A DNA stretch of 50,088 bases, taken from a virus (lineage: Duplodnaviria > Caudoviricetes). The stretch is taken from the IMG/VR virus record IMGVR_UViG_3300028809_000019, positions 1 to 50,088 of that record, one strand, 5' to 3'. The translations under genes were made by a program, and so were the position numbers. Shown here one piece after another: positions 16,599 to 25,869 of this stretch; the stretch's first letter is position 1, and each line of letters begins with the position of its first letter. Below the pieces are notes generated by a model, which was given only the letters and a program-made list of their open reading frames with translations, was not told the DNA's origin and did not search any database.

Positions 16599-18358
16599 TC
16601 CTGCGGCCATATCAGTCCGACATTACCAGCGAAGTCCGCCTATGGTGGGAACTCGGCCATAAAGTCGTCTGCGTCCAGCTGTCGACCGGCGGCGGCAAGA
16701 CTCCGATCCTGTCCGATCTGATCAACAATCACGGGGGGTTCGTTTGTGCCATTGCGCATCGTGATCGACTCGTAGAGCAGATTAGTTTGACGCTCGCCAA
16801 GGCCGGAATACGCCACGATCTAATCTGTTCGGACCGGTCGAAGAAGCTGATCGCCAAAAAGCACGTCCGCAAGCTCGGGCAATGCTTTTACGTGCCGGGC
16901 GCCCGCTGCCGGGTCGCATCGATCGACACGCTTGTCCGCGCCAAGGGGATCGACAAGTGGGCCGCGCAGGTCACGCTGTGGGTTGTCGACGAGGCGCACC
17001 ATCTGCTCCGCGCGAACAAATGGGGCCGCGGGCTCGAGCATTTTACCCATCCCCAATGCCACGGCCTGATGCTGACCGCCACGCCTGGACGGCCCGATCG
17101 GAAGGGACTCGGCAGGCACCGCAAGGGCTGCAACGGCGGGCCGTGCGAGGGGTGCGGCGATGGGCTGGCCGACGCGCTGGTTATCGGTCCGCCGATGCGC
17201 TGGCTGATCGACGAAGGGTATCTGTGCGACTATGACGTGGTTTGCCCGCCGACCGATCTTGTGGCGGCCGAAGCGCCGCGCGGGTCCGATGGCGACCTGA
17301 CGCGCGATCAGGTCCGCGAGGCCGAACGCGCCAGCCATATCGTCGGCGACATTCCGTCCCACTATCTCGAATGGGCGAAGGGTCTGTCGGGCGTTACGTT
17401 CGTCGGGTCGATCGAGACGGCAACCGACGTCGTGCGGTCGTTCAGAGAACGCGGCGTACCAGCGGAACTGATAACCGGCGATACTGACCCGACCGTTCGT
17501 GACCATATTTTCGAGAAGGCCGAAAGCGGCGAGATCCTGCAAATTGTGGCGGTCGACGTGATCAGCGAGGGCGTGGATATCCCAGCCCTGCAGGTCGGTT
17601 CGTTCGGGCGGTTGACCTGCTCGCATATCGTCTGGCTGCAGCAGTTGGGCCGCCTGCTCCGTCCGATCTATGCGCCGGGGTTCGATCTGGCGACTCGCAT
17701 GGGCCGACTGGCCGCTATCGCCGCGTCAAAGAAACCGAAGGCGCTGTTGATCGACCATATCGGCGGGTTCTGCAATCCATCGCTCGGACCGCCCGACAAG
17801 CCGCGGGTCTGGTCGCTCGAGCCGGGCGAGTCGCGCCAGGCGGCGGCCGATCCGGACGACATACCGAACCGCGTTTGCCTCAATCCCGACCCGCTACCGT
17901 CAGGCCGGCGGTGCTTCGCGCCTTATCCGCGCACGATGCGTAAATGTCCGAAATGCGGCTGGCACCCCGAACCGGCCAGTCGGGCCGCTCCTGAACATGT
18001 TGACGGCGATCTGCAACTGATGGACCCCGACGCGCTGGCAATCCTGCAGGGGCGGGTCATTCCGACGGATATGGACCGGACGACGCATGACGCGCAGCAA
18101 CTGGCCAAGGGCGCGCGGCCGGAATGGCTCGGGCGGCACTGGCGGAATTATGAGGCGACCAGTACGGCGCAATTGGCGCTGCGGGACGCGATGGACCGAT
18201 GGGCTGGCCGACTACACGCTGAGGGGCGGGCGGACTATGAGATTCAACGCGCATTCTATCTGGGGTACGGGGTGGACGTCGTGTCCGCGCAGTCGCTCGG
18301 GGCGGCGGACGCTACGGCCCTCAAATTGCGTATTGACGGTTCGGTCAATGGCCGCTAG
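16595..18358 (+). CDS. SF2 DNA helicase
   Basis: LRPYQ, STGGGKT, VVDEAHH, TATP, EGVDIP, QQLGR.LR; GGGAG SD before ATG 16595. Confidence 0.92.
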   Translation: MILRPYQSDITSEVRLWWELGHKVVCVQLSTGGGKTPILSDLINNHGGFVCAIAHRDRLVEQISLTLAKAGIRHDLICSDRSKKLIAKKHVRKLGQCFYVPGARCRVASIDTLVRAKGIDKWAAQVTLWVVDEAHHLLRANKWGRGLEHFTHPQCHGLMLTATPGRPDRKGLGRHRKGCNGGPCEGCGDGLADALVIGPPMRWLIDEGYLCDYDVVCPPTDLVAAEAPRGSDGDLTRDQVREAERASHIVGDIPSHYLEWAKGLSGVTFVGSIETATDVVRSFRERGVPAELITGDTDPTVRDHIFEKAESGEILQIVAVDVISEGVDIPALQVGSFGRLTCSHIVWLQQLGRLLRPIYAPGFDLATRMGRLAAIAASKKPKALLIDHIGGFCNPSLGPPDKPRVWSLEPGESRQAAADPDDIPNRVCLNPDPLPSGRRCFAPYPRTMRKCPKCGWHPEPASRAAPEHVDGDLQLMDPDALAILQGRVIPTDMDRTTHDAQQLAKGARPEWLGRHWRNYEATSTAQLALRDAMDRWAGRLHAEGRADYEIQRAFYLGYGVDVVSAQSLGAADATALKLRIDGSVNGR

Positions 18359-18361
18359 GGC
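18333..18361 (+). promoter_or_regulatory. Sigma70-type promoter TTGACG-17-TAGGGC containing the palindrome (18333-18348)
   Basis: TTGACGGTTCGGTCAAT; AGGGAGA SD and ATG 18387 downstream. Confidence 0.75.
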
Positions 18362-18386
18362 TGATCGTATTTAGGGAGACTTAAAG

Positions 18387-18587
18387 ATGAGTCGAGAATT
18401 TATGGTCCTGATCGTTCCCGAGCCTTCGGAAGATGCGATCGATTTGGACGACTCGCCGGCCCGCATTTTCATGCGATTTACCGAACCGCCCAGCGACGAC
18501 TTTCTGGGTCGACTGGCCGACGGAAATCCGGGTCACCGCGTTTACTGCCTGATGGGCGCGTCCTCTTGGTATTCGGGGCGGACATGA
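18387..18587 (+). CDS. Hypothetical protein, 66 aa
   Basis: Strong SD; first gene after a promoter. Confidence 0.75.
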   Translation: MSREFMVLIVPEPSEDAIDLDDSPARIFMRFTEPPSDDFLGRLADGNPGHRVYCLMGASSWYSGRT

Positions 18588-18609
18588 CCATATTTAAAGG
18601 AGACGAAAA

Positions 18610-19245
18610 ATGACCAACAGAGCTTTTCATAACGACACGTCGCTGGCTGTAACTGTCCGTACGCAGGTAGCCGACCACACGGTAGCCGACGAGATTATCC
18701 AAGGGAAATATTGGGAGAAAGGCAAAGGCTGCTTTATCGGCTGTATTGCCCATGGTTCGGACCCGTCGATCGTCGAGCAACTGACGGGCTTTCCGCTTAT
18801 GCTGACGAAACTGGCGGAAGGTATTTTCGAAAGCCTGCCGAACGAAGTGGCCAAAGGTTTCCCGCAGCGAATTATCGAAGCGCCTCGCATCGGCGCGGAC
18901 TTGTCGCTCGTGTCGTGGAAATTTCTGCATTGGCTGATTGACGACGTTCTGACGGAACATGCGGACGACAAGACTCGCGCGGCCTGCTCGCCGGCTCTTG
19001 AAATCGTTGCGGCAAAATCACGTGGTGAAGAAGTTTCTTCCGATGCCGCCGCCCGCGCCGCCGATGCCGCCGATGCCGCCGCCTATGCCGCCGCCTATGC
19101 CGCCGATGCCGCCGCCCGTGCCGCCCGTGCCGCCCGTGCCGCCGCCCGCGCCGCCGATGCCGCCGCCCGTGCCGCCGATGCCGCCGATGCCGCCGCCCGA
19201 ATCCGGCAGGCTGATAAACTGGTCGAACTACTAGGTGCGGCGTGA
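18610..19245 (+). CDS. Hypothetical protein with Ala-rich AAx repeat tail
   Basis: AAGGAGA SD; GCFIGC motif; C-terminal AAR/AAD/AAY repeats. Confidence 0.85.
   Translation: MTNRAFHNDTSLAVTVRTQVADHTVADEIIQGKYWEKGKGCFIGCIAHGSDPSIVEQLTGFPLMLTKLAEGIFESLPNEVAKGFPQRIIEAPRIGADLSLVSWKFLHWLIDDVLTEHADDKTRAACSPALEIVAAKSRGEEVSSDAAARAADAADAAAYAAAYAADAAARAARAARAAARAADAAARAADAADAAARIRQADKLVELLGAA
19042..19200 (+). repeat. Degenerate 9-bp tandem repeat GCCGCC(CGY/GAT/TAT)
   Basis: Directly visible; encodes the Ala-rich tract. Confidence 0.9.
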
Positions 19246-19466
19246 TGAAAGCCGCCATCAAAGACGCGTATATCGCCAAGCTCCAACAGCATTATCCGAC
19301 GCTCTATCTGCCGGGGTCCCGTCCGCTCGATCTGGCCGTAATGGCCGCCGACCGGGCGCTGGCCGGCGCGCTCAAACTGGAAGGCGAATGTTGGTCGGCC
19401 GCCGTCGAGGACGTTACGGGCCTGACGCGCTGGACGATGGCCGACCTTGCGAGGTTGCCGGAATGA
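19242..19466 (+). CDS. Hypothetical protein, 74 aa
   Basis: Coupled at both ends. Confidence 0.7.
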   Translation: MMKAAIKDAYIAKLQQHYPTLYLPGSRPLDLAVMAADRALAGALKLEGECWSAAVEDVTGLTRWTMADLARLPE

Positions 19467-19834
19467 GTTGGGCGAGCGACATTCTGCAGGCGTTGGAAAA
19501 CGGCCCGATGACCAATGCGCAATTGCAGACGGCAACGGGCATACGGTCCGCCAACATATCGAGCATTTGCAATTATTTGATCCGTAACGGGCGGATCCGC
19601 CGAGTCGATAGCGAAAAACCCGGTCGGGGCTATCCCGCCACCTACGCCACAACGGGCAAGCCCCCGCCGATAAAGAGCCTTACTCGGCTTCGCGCAACGA
19701 ACGCCGGGCTGCTAGAGGCGACGAGCCGCGCGCTGAAAATTCTAGAACGTAATCTCCATCGGCAAACCGAGAAATGCGACGACGCGGTAACGATCCTTCG
19801 TAAGGCGCTCTCCGATTATGGGGACTTGACGTGA
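19463..19834 (+). CDS. Winged-HTH DNA-binding protein, 123 aa
   Basis: ILQALENGPMTNAQLQTATGIRSANISSICNYLIRNGRIRRV; ATGA coupling. Confidence 0.75.
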   Translation: MSWASDILQALENGPMTNAQLQTATGIRSANISSICNYLIRNGRIRRVDSEKPGRGYPATYATTGKPPPIKSLTRLRATNAGLLEATSRALKILERNLHRQTEKCDDAVTILRKALSDYGDLT

Positions 19835-20109
19835 CGAGGGGTATCGTCCGCCCGATGGACTCGGCGCCTCGCACCGACGGCACGCGTATTCTGGTCCGTG
19901 TCGCGCAACTCGGTTCGATCCTTTTTCAACGCGAGCCCCGACCGCACCCCAAATATGGTTGGTTTAAGCTGAACGGCTGGGCCTGGCAGGAATGCTGGTT
20001 CGACGGCACGCATTGGCAACCGTGGTCCGGCAATTACGCCACGAAGTCGACTGGCGCTTGGCCCGACGATTTTGACTATGTGTCCGGTTGGTCCGAGTTG
20101 CCCGCATGA
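19831..20109 (+). CDS. Hypothetical Trp-rich protein (P.DSAP..DGT.IL motif)
   Basis: Common phage early-gene motif; coupled. Confidence 0.7.
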   Translation: MTRGIVRPMDSAPRTDGTRILVRVAQLGSILFQREPRPHPKYGWFKLNGWAWQECWFDGTHWQPWSGNYATKSTGAWPDDFDYVSGWSELPA

Positions 20110-20522
20110 GCGAGTCAGCCAATCAAAATCACATACGGCGCGTCCAGCACGACAAGGGCGATCGGCTCTATCGCAATAACCGCGGCGTGCTGAAAAACGA
20201 GAACGGCGTGCCTGTCCGTTACGGTCTGGCCAACTCGTCCAAAGAGGAAGCCGAGGTGCTTAAACCGGGCGACCTGATCGGCTGGGAGACGAGGCTAGTG
20301 ACCCCCGATATGGTCGGCACGCATGTTGCCGTTTTCAAGTCGATCGAGGTCAAGCCGGATGGCTGGAAACCGCCGGGCGTCGGGCCGATCAAAGACGCGC
20401 GCGGAAAGCTGACCGCTTACGGGCATTTTCTCGGTCAGAAAAATTGGGCGGATTTAGTGAACGACGAGGGCGGTATCGCCGGCTTTATGATCGATCCGGA
20501 TAGAGGGTTTGAACAGCTATGA
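20106..20522 (+). CDS. VRR-NUC-like PD-(D/E)xK nuclease
   Basis: LYRNN.G, VRYGLAN, GDLIG, F.SIEVK, Q..W...V...GG.AG. Confidence 0.8.
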   Translation: MSESANQNHIRRVQHDKGDRLYRNNRGVLKNENGVPVRYGLANSSKEEAEVLKPGDLIGWETRLVTPDMVGTHVAVFKSIEVKPDGWKPPGVGPIKDARGKLTAYGHFLGQKNWADLVNDEGGIAGFMIDPDRGFEQL

Positions 20523-20749
20523 GTATTATCCAGAATATCGAAGAATTTACGGCCGCTCGCCAAGCCGTCGAAGCGCATTGCATGTGTGCGCGGATCGAAG
20601 ACGCGGCGGGGAAACTGATCGTCTATTATCCCGAAGGGGACTTCCGGACGGCGGGTCTGCGGATCGATCGAAATGCCGTTATGCTGCGGCGGGCTCTTGA
20701 AATTATGGAACGCGAATGGCTCGCTTCGTTTCCGGGTGCCGCGTCGTGA
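20519..20749 (+). CDS. Hypothetical protein, 76 aa
   Basis: Coupled at both ends. Confidence 0.7.
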   Translation: MSIIQNIEEFTAARQAVEAHCMCARIEDAAGKLIVYYPEGDFRTAGLRIDRNAVMLRRALEIMEREWLASFPGAAS

Positions 20750-22131
20750 CTTGGGAACTGCACGAAATGGACTGTCGGCTCGCTATGGGGATGTTGATGG
20801 ATGCTGATAGCGTCGACAGTATCGTCTGCGATCCGCCTTATGGATTGAGCAAGGAACCGGACATGGCCGAGGTCTTGACGCACTGGCTGGCGGGCGACGA
20901 CTATGTGCATACCGGCTCGGGTTTTATGGGCAAGTCCTGGGACTCGTTCGTCCCCGGTCCGTCGGTATGGCGCGAAGCCTATCGCGTCCTGAAGCCCGGC
21001 GGTCATCTGGTCGCTTTTTTCGGGACGCGCACTTACGATCTGGGCGTGCTGGCGTTGCGCTTGGCGGGGTTCGAAATTCGCGATCAGCTTGCTTGGGTTT
21101 TTGGGTCAGGATTCCCGAAATCGCATGACGTGTCGAAGGGTATTGATAAGGCGCTCGGCGCGGAGCGGGCGAAGGTTGCTCCGCGTTCCGTCATTGGTCA
21201 TCAGCGCAATATCGGCAACCGCCGGCCCTATATGGACGACCCGGACCATCAGACCGACTCCGACGAACCTGCGAGCCCCGAAGCGGCCCAATGGCAAGGA
21301 TGGGGAACGGCGCTCAAACCGGCATACGAACCGATCGTCCTTGCCCGCAAGCCGCTGGTCGGGACGGTCGCGCGGAACGTCCTGTCGCATGGTACGGGGG
21401 CGCTTAATATCGATGGGTGTCGGGTGGGCGACGAGGGCGGCACGAAGGCCGTAAATCACGTCAAAAAAGCTGATGGTCGTTTGGAACGATGGGACGAACA
21501 GTTTGCGGGGGCGCGCAACGAAATTGAGTCGATCGGCAAGGGGAGGTGGCCTGCAAATTTTGCCCATGATGGAAGTCCGGAAGTGCTGGCGGAATTTCCC
21601 GTAACCGGCGCATCCAAGGCAACTCGCGGCCGGCGGACGGGCAAGTCCGCCGGGGTTCTCGGTGAATTTGCCGGACAGGACGACGTGACGATGGGCCACG
21701 ACGATCAGGGCGGGTCGGCTGCGCGCTTTTTCTATTGCGCCAAGGCCAGCAAGTCGGACCGTAACGAAGGGCTCGACGATCTGCCCGAGCAGCCCAGCGC
21801 CGCCAGTGAGTTTCGCCCGAACCACACTGCCAAAGCCGAAGCGGGCGAGGATGGCAACCCCTATGGCCGCTGGTCGCCCGTGCGCAATAATCACGCTACG
21901 GTAAAACCTACGGCCCTGATGCAATGGTTGGTTCGGCTCGTCACCCCGCCCGGCGGAACGGTCCTAGATCCGTTTACGGGTTCGGGCAGCACCGGCGTTG
22001 CGTGCGCTCGGGAAGGCTTTTCGTTTATTGGGTGCGAGATGACCACCGAGTACGTGCCGATCATTCGGGGACGGGTCGGCTACGCGTACGACAAGGCTGC
22101 GAGAGTTGACCATGCCGTCAATAGCCGCTAA
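20746..22131 (+). CDS. Beta-class amino (m6A/m4C) DNA methyltransferase
   Basis: N-terminal DPPY, RVLKPGG, H.TVKP, C-terminal DPFTGSGSTG. Confidence 0.92.
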   Translation: MTWELHEMDCRLAMGMLMDADSVDSIVCDPPYGLSKEPDMAEVLTHWLAGDDYVHTGSGFMGKSWDSFVPGPSVWREAYRVLKPGGHLVAFFGTRTYDLGVLALRLAGFEIRDQLAWVFGSGFPKSHDVSKGIDKALGAERAKVAPRSVIGHQRNIGNRRPYMDDPDHQTDSDEPASPEAAQWQGWGTALKPAYEPIVLARKPLVGTVARNVLSHGTGALNIDGCRVGDEGGTKAVNHVKKADGRLERWDEQFAGARNEIESIGKGRWPANFAHDGSPEVLAEFPVTGASKATRGRRTGKSAGVLGEFAGQDDVTMGHDDQGGSAARFFYCAKASKSDRNEGLDDLPEQPSAASEFRPNHTAKAEAGEDGNPYGRWSPVRNNHATVKPTALMQWLVRLVTPPGGTVLDPFTGSGSTGVACAREGFSFIGCEMTTEYVPIIRGRVGYAYDKAARVDHAVNSR

Positions 22132-22159
22132 GTCTGCGCGAACCAACGGAGGCCAGACC

Positions 22160-22507
22160 ATGACGACCACGATTGATATTGACCCCCGCAACCACGAGCG
22201 GGACGCGGCGATCCTTGACGGGGCGCGTCGCCTTATCCGCAAGGAAGGACTCGAGCAGTTGCGGCGGGCCAAGCTCGCCAAATACGCCGGGATCAGTCCG
22301 ACCAGCGTTAATAATTTCGGACGGACCAGCCTGTCCAGCACGACGGCGGACCCTGCCGACGGTGGCTATCGCTCGCGGATCCTCAAAGTCCTGATGAAAC
22401 AGGCCGTCACCGATCGCGACATCGTCCTGATCGGCGCGGGGCTGGTCGATGGCTGTCTGTCGGCGGACGATCTGGACGGCGAGTTGCGCGCTATTATGGG
22501 GGTTTGA
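22160..22507 (+). CDS. TetR-like HTH regulator, 115 aa
   Basis: AILDGARRLIRKEGLEQLRRAKLAKYAGISPTSVNNFG; GGAGG SD. Confidence 0.75.
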   Translation: MTTTIDIDPRNHERDAAILDGARRLIRKEGLEQLRRAKLAKYAGISPTSVNNFGRTSLSSTTADPADGGYRSRILKVLMKQAVTDRDIVLIGAGLVDGCLSADDLDGELRAIMGV

Positions 22508-22510
22508 CCG

Positions 22511-22690
22511 ATGGCCTATGCCGCCAACACGACGGTCCCGCTGGAATATCAGACTGGTCGTGCGGGTCCGCTGTTGCTGACCGAAGATACGGACGACGAT
22601 TACGGCTGCGAATATTGTCGGAATGACGGGCGACTTGTCGACGGCCGTTGTCCGAAGTGTGGTGCCGAATATTGGGATGACGAAGAATAG
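22511..22690 (+). CDS. 59-aa acidic CxxC...CxxC zinc-finger protein (not in ORF track)
   Basis: ...YGCEYCRNDGRLVDGRCPKCGAEYWDDEE*. Confidence 0.7.
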   Translation: MAYAANTTVPLEYQTGRAGPLLLTEDTDDDYGCEYCRNDGRLVDGRCPKCGAEYWDDEE

Positions 22691-22875
22691 GGGCGACCCC
22701 CCGTCCGCAGATTGATCGCCCCGACCATCCGTGCGCCCAGGGAGTAAACGCAAAGTGGCTGACCGAGACGTAGCACGGTTGACACTATTAGGTCTATCGG
22801 GGATTAAGGGCGGGCGGGGCGAGAATGCCGTTCTCTGCCGCCGCCCTGACCAACTACGTAGATGAAGGATACGCT

Positions 22876-23118
22876 GTGGCTGACTTTTCTTTACAGTCTC
22901 AATTCCCCCGTTGCAAGAGTTGCCGGTTTTGGGCCGTCCCTTTGTCCGATTACGATAACGTAGCGGAATGCCGACGGAACCCGCCGAGCGTTGCGGGCGA
23001 CAAGATGCTGATCGGCATCCGCGGTAAGTCGCGGATAGGCAATCCGGTCGGTCCTCGCGGTATTTGGCCGCTTACCAACCAAGCGGACGGCTGCGGTCAG
23101 CACGAGCCGGACGCGTGA
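22876..23118 (+). CDS. Small Cys-rich protein
   Basis: CKSCRFW...ECRRNPP...WP....DGCGQH; GAAGGA SD before GTG 22876; possible TTGACA -35 at 22779. Confidence 0.7.
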   Translation: MADFSLQSQFPRCKSCRFWAVPLSDYDNVAECRRNPPSVAGDKMLIGIRGKSRIGNPVGPRGIWPLTNQADGCGQHEPDA

Positions 23119-25418
23119 CCGCCGATTGGTCCTTTGCCGCCCGCGGCTTTTCCGTCTTTCCGCTCGCCCATCACGCCAAGACTCCCGCAATCGAAGAGTG
23201 GATGCCTTACATGCACGCGCCGGCCTCGCCGTCGCTCATTGACGGGTGGGCCGCGCAATCATCGCTTAATATGGCCGTGGCTACCGGCGCGGTGTCAGGC
23301 TGTATCGTTCTCGACGCCGACAGCCTCTTATGTCGGATCGAAGTTGAAGCCCGAGGCATCCCCCGCACGCTGACCGTCCGAACTCCCCGCGGCACGCATT
23401 TTTATTTTGCGCACCCGGGTTGGCCTGTGTCAAACCGGGCTGGCGATAGGTGGGCCGGTATCTCGGGGCTCGATTTGCGAGCCGACGGCGGGTACGTGGT
23501 CGGCCCCGGCAGCTATTACGTCCCGACACCGGCCGAACTGGCCAAAGGCAAGGTCGAAGGCGGCTATGCCGTCGAGATAGACGCACCGCTTGCCCCCGCG
23601 CCTGACTGGCTGCTCGAGCTTACCATGGCCAAGGGACCGATCGCGCCAGCCGTGGCGCCCTGCTCGGCCGAAGAAACCAGCCCGTACGGTCGGGCCGCTT
23701 TGCACGGCGAGATTACCAAGCTGATCGAATGCAACGAAGGCGTCAGCAATCAGATTTACGTGACGGTTGCCCGTATTGCCGAACTGGTCGCGGGCGGCGA
23801 GATCCGCGAAGACGAGGGATGGGGTGCGATCGAAGAAGCGCTGCAGGCCAAAGGACTCGGCGACGAGGCGAAAGCCAACGGCACGGTCCATCGCGCTTGG
23901 GAAAAAGGATGTTCCAACCCCAAGGCGGTCAGGCATGCCGAACCGTTCGATCTGATGGCGGCATTAGGTTCCCGCGCTATGGTCGCACTTGACGACGTTC
24001 CGCCCCCGCCGACTCCCTATTTCGTGCCGCGGCGCAAGCCTGCGCATATCGGCGGAAATGAGCTTCAATGGTATTTCGAAGGCGTCGTCTATGTGGCGCG
24101 CCGTAATGAAATGTTCCTGCCGTCCGGCGTTATGGTCAAATCGAGCAGCTTCGACGGGATTTACGGCGGCCCCTCGTTTCATGTCGAGATGGACGGCGGC
24201 AAGCCCACGAAAAGCGCCTGGTCGATGTTCCGCGAGAATGTCCATATTGACATGCCAAAGGTCTGGGATATTTGCTTTCGGCCCGAGATGCCCCCCGGCC
24301 AGATCGTCCAGCTTGAGGGTCTGCCCTATCTGAACGTCTATGTCCCGATCGTCACGCCGCGCGCGGCCGGCGACCCTTCGCCGTTCGTCAACCATCTGCG
24401 CAAGATGTTGCCTTACGGGACCGATTGCGACTTGTTGCTCCATTGGATGGCGAGCGCGGTCCAGAACCACGGCAAGAAATTCTTCTGGTGGCCGGTCGTC
24501 CAGGGCGCGAAGGGCAACGGCAAGTCGCTCTTGCTGGAAGTGATGATCAAGGCGATCGGCGAGCGGTATAGCCATATGGTCCGCGCCGATGCGGTCCTGA
24601 AGACCGGGAACCAGTTCAACGACTGGCTGGTCGGCAAGCTGTTCCTCGGGTTCGGTGAGATTCGTTCGTCCGAGGGCAAGCGCGATTTTGTCGAGATTAT
24701 GAAGGACACGGTGACCGACCGCCGAGTCGCGACCGAAGGCAAAGGCCTCGGGCAGTCGACGAGCGACAACCGGGCCAACGGCATGATGCTCACTAACTGG
24801 CGGGATGCCTGCCCGATCGACGATGACGAACGGCGCTGGGGGGTCTTCTATACCGCCCAACAGAAAGCCGAGGATATCGCCCGCGACGGCATGGACGGCG
24901 ATTATTTCCCCGACCTTTACAAATGGCTCGACGCGGGCGGCTATGCGATCGTCACGCACTATCTGGCCAACTTCCCGCTGCGTGCGGAGATGGATCCGGC
25001 CCGCGGCCTGCACCGCGCGCCAGCCACGACCAGCACTGCCGCCGCAATCAACGAGTCGCTCGGCCTGGTCGAACAGGAACTGCAAGAGGCGATCGAGACG
25101 GGCGCCATGGGCTTCCGGGGTGGCGTGGCCACGTCGACCGGCCTGCGGGGCGTGCTATCCGCGCTGCGCAAGACGATTACCCCCAAGCGGTTCACGGCGA
25201 TCATGGAGTCGATCGGCTACGTCCGGCACCCCGCGCTCGAGTCGAATAAGTGGCGAGCCCATAACGCACTGTCCGACGGCTCGCGCCCGGTCCTTTATTT
25301 TACCGTCGGCCATGAATTGCTGACGCTGACAGATCCGATGGAAATTAAGGAAGGGGTTGAAGCGGCGCTAATTGGCAATCCTTCGGCCCCGTCGAATGTG
25401 GTCCCGTTCAGACGGTAA
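23115..25418 (+). CDS. Bifunctional prim-pol with C-terminal SF3/D5-type helicase (DUF5906-like)
   Basis: VLDAD, TPRGTHFYF, DLRADGGYVVGPGS; Walker A GAKGNGKS; DDERR. Confidence 0.92.
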   Translation: MTADWSFAARGFSVFPLAHHAKTPAIEEWMPYMHAPASPSLIDGWAAQSSLNMAVATGAVSGCIVLDADSLLCRIEVEARGIPRTLTVRTPRGTHFYFAHPGWPVSNRAGDRWAGISGLDLRADGGYVVGPGSYYVPTPAELAKGKVEGGYAVEIDAPLAPAPDWLLELTMAKGPIAPAVAPCSAEETSPYGRAALHGEITKLIECNEGVSNQIYVTVARIAELVAGGEIREDEGWGAIEEALQAKGLGDEAKANGTVHRAWEKGCSNPKAVRHAEPFDLMAALGSRAMVALDDVPPPPTPYFVPRRKPAHIGGNELQWYFEGVVYVARRNEMFLPSGVMVKSSSFDGIYGGPSFHVEMDGGKPTKSAWSMFRENVHIDMPKVWDICFRPEMPPGQIVQLEGLPYLNVYVPIVTPRAAGDPSPFVNHLRKMLPYGTDCDLLLHWMASAVQNHGKKFFWWPVVQGAKGNGKSLLLEVMIKAIGERYSHMVRADAVLKTGNQFNDWLVGKLFLGFGEIRSSEGKRDFVEIMKDTVTDRRVATEGKGLGQSTSDNRANGMMLTNWRDACPIDDDERRWGVFYTAQQKAEDIARDGMDGDYFPDLYKWLDAGGYAIVTHYLANFPLRAEMDPARGLHRAPATTSTAAAINESLGLVEQELQEAIETGAMGFRGGVATSTGLRGVLSALRKTITPKRFTAIMESIGYVRHPALESNKWRAHNALSDGSRPVLYFTVGHELLTLTDPMEIKEGVEAALIGNPSAPSNVVPFRR

Positions 25419-25445
25419 ATTACATAAAATTATGGAAGCGGCTAT

Positions 25446-25476
25446 AAGGCTCGGTAGGCAACTATCGGGCCTTTTT
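25446..25476 (+). terminator. Intrinsic terminator after the primase
   Basis: AGGCTCGGTAG-GCAA-CTATCGGGCCT followed by TTTT. Confidence 0.85.
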
Positions 25477-25489
25477 AGTAATTATGGGT

Positions 25490-25755
25490 TTTTGATCGTG
25501 GATAACGTGTATTTATAAACCCACGGTTTTCTGCGGTTATCCACCATTATCCACGAATCCACGTAGAATCAGTTCGGTGGCTATGGGTGCGTGTGTATGT
25601 GCGCGCACGTATGTAACAATGTGTATATATGGTGGATAAGGTGGATAAGGTGGATAATATTATAAATAACTATTAGTTTTCAACTACTTAATGAACTATC
25701 CACGATTTTTCATAATTTATAGAATGGTGGATATGGGTGGATAACGCTAAATTAC
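25490..25755. repeat. AT-rich putative replication origin with GTGGATAA/TTATCCAC iterons
   Basis: Perfect 8-mers at 25498, 25537, 25547, 25632, 25641, 25650 and 25737; variants at 25556, 25696 and 25727; no credible ORF. Confidence 0.75.
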
Positions 25756-25869
25756 TGACAGATGCGGGTTGTCCGGTGGGACGCGGTTGGTTCGGGCAGA
25801 CGGGCAGGATTAGCGGTGATTGGCCGGACGCACCCGCAAGCCCGCTAACTTCGCGCGTGAACCGTCCCC

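Noticed and set aside
19042-19200. Ala-rich repeat as a DGR or contingency locus
   Set aside because: In-frame low-complexity tract common in phage proteins; no reverse transcriptase or template/variable repeat pair seen
22741-22770. ACGCAAAG as a c-di-GMP-I riboswitch, or CTGA as a hammerhead core
   Set aside because: The remaining conserved elements and stems could not be found
25631-25657. Repeats as a CRISPR array
   Set aside because: 8-9-bp units in both orientations, no spacers, no cas operon
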